Position numbers and translations under genes: made by a program. From Anaeramoeba ignava BMAN (lineage: Eukaryota > Protista > Anaeramoebae), in assembly GCA_028826165.1 (NCBI GenBank), contig JAPDFW010000031.1, positions 1 to 61,815 on the forward strand: a stretch of 61,815 nucleotides of DNA, in the 5' to 3' direction. The notes under the pieces were generated by a model, which was given only the letters and a program-made list of their open reading frames with translations, was not told the origin of the DNA and made no database searches. Below are positions 12,754 to 22,426 of the stretch, in pieces; the first letter of the stretch is position 1, and each line of letters begins with the position of its first letter.

Positions 12754-14922
12754 ATGATTGAAGAAAACAATTTCCAAAAATTAAAAGAAATTGAATCAAT
12801 TCCAAAAAATCAATTAATAAAAGAACAAAAACCAATTTTACATTTTGCAATAGAAAAACAAGTTTCAAAAGAAATAATTCAATTTTTGATTTCAAAAGGT
12901 GTTAATCCAAATTTGATTGATAACAAAGGAAGAAATCCATTACATATTGCTTGTGAAAATGAAAATATTTCACTTGAAATTATTAAATATTTAATTTCAT
13001 CAGGAATTGATATTAATTCAAAAACAAATGAAAATGAAACAGTTTTACATTATGCTTGTTTAAATCCAAATATTTCACTTGAAATTATTAAATATTTAAT
13101 TTCATCAGGAATTGATATTAATTCAAAAACAAATTATAATGAAACAGCTTTACATATTACATGTTTAAATCCAAATATTTCACTTGAAATTATTAAATGT
13201 TTAATTTCATCAGGAATTAATATTAATTCAAAAACAGAATATAATGAAACAGCTTTACATATTGCTTGTGAAAATGAAAATAAAAATAAAAATATTTCAC
13301 TTGAAATTATTAAATATTTAATTTCATCAGGAATTGATATTAATTCAAAAACAAAAGAAAATGAAACAGCTTTACATTATGCTTGTAGAAATGAAAATCC
13401 AAATATTTCACTTGAAATTATTAAATATTTAATTTCATCAGGAATTGATATTAATTCAAAAACAAATCAAAATGAAACAGCTTTACATATTGCTTGTAAA
13501 AATCCAAATATTTCACTTGAAATTATTAAATATTTAATTTCATTAGGAATTGATATTAATTCAAAAACAAATCAAAATCAAACATTTTTACATTATGCTT
13601 GTTTAAATCCAAATATTTCCATTGAAATTATTAAATATTTAATTTCATCAGGAATTAATATTAATTCAAAAACAAATCAAAATGAAACAGCTTTACATAT
13701 TGCTTGTAGAAATTTAAATCAAAATATTTCCATTGAAATTATTAAATATTTAATTTCATCAGGAATTGATATTAATTCAAAAACAAAAGATAAAAATGAA
13801 ACAGCATTACATATTGCTTGTAAAAATAAAAATATTTCCCTTGAAATTATTAAATATTTAATTTCATCAGGAATTGATATTAATTCAAAAACAAATAAAA
13901 ATAAAACAGCTTTACATATTGCTTGTGAATATCAAAATATTCAATTTATCAAATTATTGATGAAGAATGATGTAAATATTTTTGATTTGAATTATGATCA
14001 AATCAATGAAGAAATGATTAATTTATTTCCAAAAATTTATTCAATTAATGAAGATTTAAATAATTTTTTAAAATCAAGTCAAAATGAAAATGAAAATGAA
14101 AAATTTACAGATTTAGAAATTAAAACAAAGAATTATTTCAAATTTAAAGTTCATAAAATAATTTTATTAACAAGATTTGATAATGATAAATTAATTTTAC
14201 AAAAATTTATCAATATTTGCAATAGAAAACCAAAAAGAGATGTTCAATTAGCTTTAAATTTTCTTTATACTGGATTTACTAATTTTGATAATTTTATTCA
14301 AAGATTTCAAAATTTCATCAATTATCAAAATCAAATGAAAGAAATTAAAGAATCGAATCAAGAAGAAAAAAGAAAAGAATTTGAAAATTTAAGAAAAACA
14401 GAAATTGAAAAAGAAAATGAAATTGAAGAACAAGAAAATGAATTAATGAAAGATATTTTTGAACAAATTGGAATTGAATCAAATTGGATTGAAACAAAAA
14501 AAGGAAGAAAAGGAATAATAAAAGATTTATCAAAATTATATCAACAAAATGAAACAAAAGATTTTACAATAATTATTGAAGAAAATGAAAATCAAAACCA
14601 AAATCAAAATCAAAATCAAAATGAAAAAGAAATTAAAGTTCATAAATTAATATTAATAATAAGAAGTGAATTATTTAAAGGAATGTTTCAATTAAATATT
14701 GAAGATTTATCAAATCAAGTTCATGATTATTCAAGAAAATCATTTGAAACAATAAATCAATTTATTTATTTCCTTTATCATGATGAATTTGAAGAAGAAA
14801 AATTAAATGAAAATATTTTTGAAGAACTTTCTGATTCAAAAGATTATTATCAATTAAATCCAAAATCATTAATTGGAGAATTATTACTTGATTTTTATTA
14901 TTATAAAAATATTTTCAATTAA
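12754..14922 (+). CDS. Ankyrin-repeat (11) + twin-BTB protein, paralog 1
   Basis: Eleven TALHxAC..ISLEIIKYLISSGIDINSKT repeats, then two BTB-like motifs (FTDLEIK..KVHKIILLTR; KDFTII..KVHKLILIIRSELFKGMF). Confidence 0.9.
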   Translation: MIEENNFQKLKEIESIPKNQLIKEQKPILHFAIEKQVSKEIIQFLISKGVNPNLIDNKGRNPLHIACENENISLEIIKYLISSGIDINSKTNENETVLHYACLNPNISLEIIKYLISSGIDINSKTNYNETALHITCLNPNISLEIIKCLISSGININSKTEYNETALHIACENENKNKNISLEIIKYLISSGIDINSKTKENETALHYACRNENPNISLEIIKYLISSGIDINSKTNQNETALHIACKNPNISLEIIKYLISLGIDINSKTNQNQTFLHYACLNPNISIEIIKYLISSGININSKTNQNETALHIACRNLNQNISIEIIKYLISSGIDINSKTKDKNETALHIACKNKNISLEIIKYLISSGIDINSKTNKNKTALHIACEYQNIQFIKLLMKNDVNIFDLNYDQINEEMINLFPKIYSINEDLNNFLKSSQNENENEKFTDLEIKTKNYFKFKVHKIILLTRFDNDKLILQKFINICNRKPKRDVQLALNFLYTGFTNFDNFIQRFQNFINYQNQMKEIKESNQEEKRKEFENLRKTEIEKENEIEEQENELMKDIFEQIGIESNWIETKKGRKGIIKDLSKLYQQNETKDFTIIIEENENQNQNQNQNQNEKEIKVHKLILIIRSELFKGMFQLNIEDLSNQVHDYSRKSFETINQFIYFLYHDEFEEEKLNENIFEELSDSKDYYQLNPKSLIGELLLDFYYYKNIFN

Positions 14923-14925
14923 CTA

Positions 14926-14926
14926 A

Positions 14927-15006
<80 letters not shown>
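14926..15006 (+). repeat. (AAAG)n microsatellite 3' of ankyrin gene 1 (also 21290-21370 after paralog 2)
   Basis: Directly visible at the same position after both paralogs. Confidence 0.95.
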
Positions 15007-15081
15007 ATTTCAAACCATTTTTTTTTCCATTTTTTTTCCATTTTTTTTCATTTTTTTTCTTTTTCAAATTTTTAAATAAAA

Positions 15082-16533
15082 ATGGAAACTTATTCAAATT
15101 TAGAAAAACTTTCAAATGATTTAAAAAATTTATTTCAAAATCAAAATCAAAATGAAAACCAAAATGAAAGTTATTTTGATTTTGAAATAATTTGTGAACA
15201 AAATCAAATTTCATTTAAAACTCATAAATCAATTCTTTCTTCAAGAAGTGAATATTTTAAATCTCTTTTCAATTCTAAAATGAAAGAATATCAAGAAAAT
15301 AAATTAATTCTCCAAGATGTTTCAAGTTCAATTCTATCTCCAATTTTGAATTATCTTTATTCTGGAAAAATTGAAATTAATTTAGAAAATGCAATAGAAA
15401 TTTTAATTTTTTCATCAAAATATTTAATTGATGAATTAATTGAAATTTGTTTAAATTTTATCAAAAATAATTTACAATTTGAAACTATTATCGATATTCT
15501 TAAATTATCTGAACCAATGAATTTAAATCAATTATTAGATTCTTCTTATCAATTTATTTCTGATAATTTTGAAGAATTTATCAAAACTTCATTTTTTCTT
15601 GAACTTGAAGAAAATCATTTAAAATCAATATTATCAAATGATGATATTTTTATGAATGAATTTAAAATTTTCCAATCAATAATAAAATGGGGAAAACATA
15701 AATCAAATATTAATCAAGAAAAAGAACAATTTGAAAAAGAAGAAAAAGAAAAATTACAAAATCAAATTTCAAATATTATTGATAAAATCAGATTTATTGA
15801 TTTTTCAAAACAAGAACTTAAAGATACTTTAAAAGAAGATTTAATTCCAAATCAAATTTCAGAAAAATTAATTCAATTCCAAAAACTTCAAAATGATACA
15901 AAAGAATTAAATCAATTTATTGAAAAAGAAAATTCATTCATTTTCAAATCAAGATTTAGATTTAAATCAAAAATTATTAAAGAAAAAAAACATTTCAATA
16001 AATTGAAAGAATGGATAAATGATGAAGAATTCTGTTCCAAAATGAAAAAAGGATTTTCAGCCAAAAAAGATGGATTTGATTGTAAAAAATGGCATTCAAT
16101 TTGTGATAATAAAGGAAAAACATTAATTATTATTCAAACCAAAGATAATTTTATTTTTGGAGGATTTACTCAAATTGGATTTACAACTGATAAGTCAAAA
16201 TGGAGTGAAAATTGGAGAGATAGTGGACATATTAGAGATTCAAATGCATTTATTTTTTCATTAAGAAATGATAAGAATGATAGAAACCCTGAAAATTTCC
16301 AATTCAAAAAGAAAGAAGAATTTGCAATTTTTTATGTATCAAATGATGGACCAAGATTTGGTGAATTTGATGATATTTGGATTGATGCAGATCTTTTAAC
16401 AGGAGGAACTTTTTTTGGAAATTCATATAAATTACCTAAAGGAATTCATTATGAAACCGAAAAAGCGAATAGTTATTTAGCTGGTTCTTATGATGATTGG
16501 GAAATTGAAGAACTTGAAACTTATTTCATTTAA
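15082..16533 (+). CDS. BTB-BACK-TLDc domain protein
   Basis: BTB (YFDFEIIC..FKTHKSILSSRSEYFKSLFNSKMKE), BACK (FLELEENHLKSILSND..EFKIFQSIIKW) and TLDc (KKDGFD..WHSICDNKGKTLIIIQT..FIFGGFT..GPRFG..IEELETY). Confidence 0.92.
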   Translation: METYSNLEKLSNDLKNLFQNQNQNENQNESYFDFEIICEQNQISFKTHKSILSSRSEYFKSLFNSKMKEYQENKLILQDVSSSILSPILNYLYSGKIEINLENAIEILIFSSKYLIDELIEICLNFIKNNLQFETIIDILKLSEPMNLNQLLDSSYQFISDNFEEFIKTSFFLELEENHLKSILSNDDIFMNEFKIFQSIIKWGKHKSNINQEKEQFEKEEKEKLQNQISNIIDKIRFIDFSKQELKDTLKEDLIPNQISEKLIQFQKLQNDTKELNQFIEKENSFIFKSRFRFKSKIIKEKKHFNKLKEWINDEEFCSKMKKGFSAKKDGFDCKKWHSICDNKGKTLIIIQTKDNFIFGGFTQIGFTTDKSKWSENWRDSGHIRDSNAFIFSLRNDKNDRNPENFQFKKKEEFAIFYVSNDGPRFGEFDDIWIDADLLTGGTFFGNSYKLPKGIHYETEKANSYLAGSYDDWEIEELETYFI

Positions 16534-16839
16534 AAACTTTTTTCCATTCTTTTTTAAAATTTAATTCAATTTTCTTTTACTTTCAATCAAATAAAATTCT
16601 TCAAATTAATAAATAAGAAACAAACCAAATTTCAAATAATTTTAAATTAATTTAAAATTATTATTAAAAATTTTGAAAAAAAAAATGAAAAATTATTTTT
16701 TTTAGATATTAAAACAAAATAAAAATTGGGAATAGAAATTAATAATGATTAAATTTTAATTATTTATTATTAGATAAATTTATAATGAAATCAATTATAA
16801 TTTATTATTAAATATTATTCAAATTCAATTTTTCTCTTT

Positions 16840-17190
16840 ATTAAAATATTTTATTAATTTTATTAAATTATTTGGAATAAGTTTATATTATTTTAAATAA
16901 AGAAATATTAATAAAATATATAAATCAAGATTAATTCTAAATCTAATTATTTAATATTCTTTATTTTAATTTTTGAAATAAATTAATTAAAATATTTTAT
17001 TAATTTTATTAAATTATTTAGAATAAGTTTATATTATTTTTAAAATAAAAAAAATCTTAAAATATATAAATTAAGATTAATTCTAAATCTAATTATTTAA
17101 TATTCTTTATTTAAAATTTGAAATAAATTAATTAAAATATTTTATTAATTTTATCTAATTATTGTGAATAAGTTTATATTATTTTAAACA
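16840..17190 (-). repeat. Tandem repeat family A, reverse-complement copies, 145-146 bp x~2.5
   Basis: gaataagtttatattatttt recurs with its g at 16881, 17027 and 17172; the reverse complement matches the 4926 unit. Confidence 0.85.
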
Positions 17191-17353
17191 TAAAATTAAA
17201 TCTTAAATTAATTTTTAAACTGATTTCTAAATTAAATATTAATTCAAATTAATTTTCATTTTTTTCATTTTTTTCATTTTTTTCATTTTTTTCATTTTTT
17301 TTTTAAAACAAAAACACAAACAAAAATACAATTAAAACAAAAGAAAAACAAAA

Positions 17354-20300
17354 ATGAATAAAGATATTAAAGATATTCAAGATATTCAAGATAATAAAGA
17401 TAATAAAGATAATAAAGATAATAAAGATATTAAAGATAATAAAGATAATAAAGATATTCAAGATATTCAAGATAATAAAGATAATAAAGATAATAAAGAT
17501 AATAAAGATAATAAAGATAATAAAGATAATAAAGATAATAAAGATAATAAAGATAATAAAGATAATAAAGATAATAAAGATAATAAAGATATTAAAGATA
17601 ATAAAGATATTAAAGATATTAAAGATATTAAAGATAATAAAGATAATAAAGATATTTGGCAAATGATTGAAGAAAACAATTTCCAAAAATTAAAAGAAAT
17701 TGAATCAATTCCAAAAAATCAATTAATAAAAGAACAAAAACCAATTTTACATTTTGCAATAGAAAAACAAGTTTCAAAAGAAATAATTCAATTTTTGATT
17801 TCAAAAGGTGCTAATCCAAATTTAATTGATAACAAAGGAAAAAATTCATTACATATTGCTTGTGAAAATGGAAATATTTCACTTGAAATTATTAAATATT
17901 TAATTTTATCAGGAATTGATATTAATTCAAAAACAAATCAAAATGAAACAGCTTTACATTATGCTTGTTCTAATCCAAATATTTCATTTGAAATTATTAA
18001 ATATTTAATTTCATCAGGAATTGATATTAGTTCAAAAAGAGATTGGAATTCAACAGCTTTACATTATGCTTGTTCTAATCCAAATATTTCACTTAAAATT
18101 ATTAAATATTTAATTTCATCAGGAATTAATGTTAATTCAAAAACAAATCAAAATGAAAAAGCTTTACATATTGCTTGTTCTAATCCAAATATTTCACTTA
18201 AAATTATTAAATATTTAATTTCATCAGGAATTGATATTAATTCAAAAACAAATCAAAATCAAACAGTTTTACATTATGCTTGTTCTAATCCAAATATTTC
18301 ACTTGAAATTATTAAATATTTAATTTCATCAGGAATTGATATTAATTCAAAAACAAAATATAATGAAACAGTTTTACATTATGCTTGTTCTAATCCAAAT
18401 ATTTCACTTGAAATTATTAAATATTTAATTTTATCAGGAATTGATATTAATTCAAAAACAAATTATGGAAATGAAACAGCTTTACATATTGCTTGTCAAA
18501 ATCCAAATATTTCACTTGAAATTATTAAATATTTAATTTCATCAGGAATTGATATTAATTCAAAAACAAATCAAAATGAAACAGCTTTACATATTGCTTG
18601 TTCTAATCCAAATATTTCACTTGAAATTATTAAATATTTAATTTCATCAGGAATTGATATTAATTCAAAAACAAATCAAAATGAAACAGTTTTACATATT
18701 GCTTGTTCTAATCCAAATATTTCATTTGAAATTATTAAATATTTAATTTCATCAGGAATTGATATTAATTCAAAAACAAATCAAAATCAAACAGTTTTGC
18801 ATTATGTTTGTTCTAATCCAAATATTTCACTTGAAATTATTAAATATTTAATTTCATCAGGAATTGATATTAATTCAAAAACATATTATAGAAATGAAAC
18901 AGCTTTACATATTGCTTGTTCTAATCCAAATATTTCCATTGAAATTATTAAATATTTAATTTTATCAGGAATTGATATTAATTCAAAAACAAATCAAAAT
19001 GAAACAGTTTTACATATTGCTTGTTCTAATCCAAATATTTCATTTGAAATTATTAAATATTTAATTTTATCAGGAATTGATATCAATTCAAAAACAAATC
19101 AAAATAAAACACTTTTACATATTGCTTGTTCTAATCCAAATATTTCATTTGAAATTATTAAATATTTAATTTTATCAGGAATTGATATCAATTCAAAAAC
19201 AAATCAAAATGAAACAGTTTTACATTATGTTTGTTCTAATCCAAATATTTCATTTGAAATTATTAAATATTTAATTTCATCAGGAATTGATATTAATTCA
19301 AAAACAAATGAAAATGAAACAGCTTTACATATTGCTTGCAAAAATTTAAATCCAAATATTTCCATTGAAATTATTAAATATTTAATTTCATCAGGAATTG
19401 ATATTAATTCAAAAACAAAAGATAAAAATAAAACAGCTTTACATATTGCTTGTTCTAATCCAAATATTTCCATTGAAATTATTAAATATTTAATTTCATC
19501 AGGAATTGATATTAATTCAAAAACATATTATGGAAATGAAACAGCTTTACATATTTCTTGTTTAAATCCAAATATTTCATTTGAAATTATTAAATATTTA
19601 ATTTTATCAGGAATTGATATTAATTCAAAAACAAATCAAAATAAAACAGTTTTACATATTGCTTGTTCTAATCCAAATATTTCATTTGAAATTATTAAAT
19701 ATTTAATTTCATTAGGAATTAATATTAATTCAAAAACAAAATATAATGAAACAGCTTTACATTATGTTTGTTCTAATCCAAATATTTCATTTGAAAATAT
19801 TAAATATTTAATTCTATCAGGAATCGATATTAATTCAAAAACAAATCAAAATGAAACAGCTTTACATATTGCTTGTTTAAATCCAAATATTTCACTTGAA
19901 ATTATTAAATATTTAATTTCATCAGGAATTGATATTAATTCAAAAACAAATCAAAATGAAACAGCTTTACATATTGCTTGTTTAAATCCAAATATTTCAC
20001 TTGAAATTATTAAATATTTAATTCTATTAGGAATCGATATTAATTCAAAAACAAATCAAAATCAAACAGCTTTACATATTGCTTGTTTAAATCCAAATAT
20101 TTCACTTGAAATTATTAAATATTTAATTTCATCAGGAATTGATATTAATTCAAAAACAAATAAAAATCAAACAGCTTTACATATTTCTTGTGAAAATAAA
20201 AATATTTCACTTAAAATTATTAAATATTTAATTTCATCAGGAATTGATATTAATTCAAAAACAAAATATAGAAATGAAACAGCTTTACATTATGCTTGTG

Positions 20301-21287
20301 AAAATAAAAATATTCAATTTATTAAATTATTGATGAAGAATGATGCAAATATTTTTGATTTGAATTATGATCAAATCAATGAAGAAATAATTAATTTATT
20401 TCCAAAAATTTATTCAATTAATGAAGATTTAAATAATTTTTTAAAATCAAGTCAAAATGAAAATGAAAATGAAAAATTTACAGATTTAGAAATTAAAACA
20501 AGTGATTATTTCAAATTTAAAGTTCATAAAATAATTTTATTAACAAGATTTGAAAATGATAAATTAATTTTACAAAAATTTATCAATATTTGCAATAGAA
20601 AACCAAAAAGAGATGTTCAATTAGCTTTAAATTTTCTTTATACTGGATTTACTAATTTTGATTATTTTATTCAAAGATTTCAAAATTTCATCAATTATAA
20701 AAATCAAATGAAAAAAATTGATGAATCAAATCAATATCAATATCAAGAGGAAAATGAAAATAAATTTGAATATGAATATGAATATGGATATGGATATGAA
20801 AATAAATTTGAAAATGAAAATGAAATTGAAGAACAAGAAAATGAATTAATGAAAGATTTTTTTGAACAAATTGGAATTGAATCAAATTGGATTGAATCAA
20901 AAAAAGGAAGAAAAGGAATAATAAAAGATTTATCAAAATTATATCAACAAAATGAAACAAAAGATTTTAAAATAATTTGTTCAAAATGAAAAAGAAATTA
21001 AAGTTCATAAATTAATATTAATAATAAGAAGTGAATTATTTAAAGGAATGTTTCAATTAAATATTGAAGATTTATCAAATCAAGTTCATGATTATTCAAG
21101 AAAATCATTTGAAACAATAAAACAATTTATTTATTTTCTTTATCATGATGAATTTGAAGAAGAAAAATTAAATGAAAATATTTTTGAAGAATATGCTGAT
21201 ATAAAAGATTATTATCAATTAAATCCAAAATCAATAATTGGAGAATTATTACTTGATTTTCATTATTTTAAAAATATTTTCAATTAA
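17354..21287 (+). CDS. Ankyrin-repeat (25) + twin-BTB protein, paralog 2, with N-terminal (KDN/KDI)n; +1 frameshift at ~20980
   Basis: ORF 17354..20989 continues in the +1 frame (EKEIKVHKLILIIRSELFKGMF...KNIFN*) to 21287, colinear with paralog 1. Confidence 0.88.
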
Positions 21288-21291
21288 TTAA

Positions 21292-21366
<75 letters not shown>

Positions 21367-21371
<5 letters not shown>

Positions 21372-21490
21372 ATATTAAATAATTAAATTTACAATTCATT
21401 TTATTTTATGTATTTTACTAATATTTCTTTATCCAAAATAATCTAAAATTATTCCCAATAATTTAATAAAATTGATAAAATATTTTATTA
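21367..21490 (+). repeat. Single degenerate copy of repeat family A
   Basis: aagaatattaaataattaaattt...aaaattattcccaataatttaataaaatt matches the 4926 unit. Confidence 0.75.
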
Positions 21491-21499
21491 ATAATTTAA

Positions 21500-21529
21500 T
21501 TTGAATTTAATTGATTGATTTATTGATTA

Positions 21530-21564
<35 letters not shown>

Positions 21565-22420
21565 AATTGATTGATTGCTTGATTGATTGATTGATTTATT
21601 GATTTTAAGATTGATTTTAAGATTGATTTTAAGATTGATTTTAAGATTGATTTTAAGATTGATTTTAAGATTGATTTTAAGATTGATTTTAAGATTGATT
21701 TTAAGATTGATTTTAAGATTGATTTATTGATTAATTGATTGATTTTGAATTTGAATTTGAATTTGATTTTGATTTTGATTTTGAATTTGAATTTGATTTT
21801 GATTTTGAATTTGATTTTGAATTTGATTTTGATTTTGATTTTGATTTTGATTTTGATTTTGATTTTGATTTTGATTTTGATTTTTGAATTTGAATTTGAT
21901 TTTTATTTTGATTTATATTTTGAATTTGAATTTGATTTTGATTTTGATTTTGATTTTGATTTTGATTTTAAGATTGATTTTAAGATTGATTTATTGATTA
22001 ATTAATTGAATTTGAATTTGAATTTGAATTTGATTTTGATTTTGATTTTGATTTTGATTTTGATTTTGATTTTGAATTTGATTTTGAATTTGAATTTGAA
22101 TTTGATTTTGAATTTGATTTTGAATTTGATTTTGAATTTGAATTTGATTTTGATTTTGAATTTGAATTTGATTTTGAATTTGAATTTGAATTTGAATTTA
22201 AATTTGATTTTGATTTTGAATTTGAATTTGATTTTGATTTTGAATTTGAATTTGAATTTGAATTTGAATTTGATTTTGATTTTGATTTTGATTTTGATTT
22301 TGATTTTGATTTTGAATTTGAATTTGAATTTGATTTTGATTTTGATTTTGATTTTGATTTTGATTTTGATTTTTATTTTGATTTTTATTTTGATTTTTAT
22401 TTTGATTTTGAATTCGATTT
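21500..22420 (-). repeat. Compound microsatellite (GATT)n, (AAGATTGATTTT)n, (ATTTTG/AATTTG)n
   Basis: Directly visible between the convergent 3' ends of ankyrin gene 2 and the patatin gene. Confidence 0.95.
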
Positions 22421-22426
22421 TGAAAA

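Noticed and set aside
10330-12777. ORFs such as (IL)n, (DF)n, (IIF)n and (SLL)n; similar ones at 21739-22461, 45817-46318 and 54701-55123
   Set aside because: They are translations of microsatellites, or antisense frames of repeats.
16525-16545. Trichomonas-like UAAA polyadenylation signal overlapping stop codons
   Set aside because: Several genes end in TAAA, but this is expected by chance at this AT content and cannot be supported without 3'-end data.
20975-20995. Euplotes-type +1 programmed frameshift at AAA-TGA
   Set aside because: It fits this one site only. The Nim and PRP22 shifts must occur well before the frame-0 stop, so homopolymer error is simpler.
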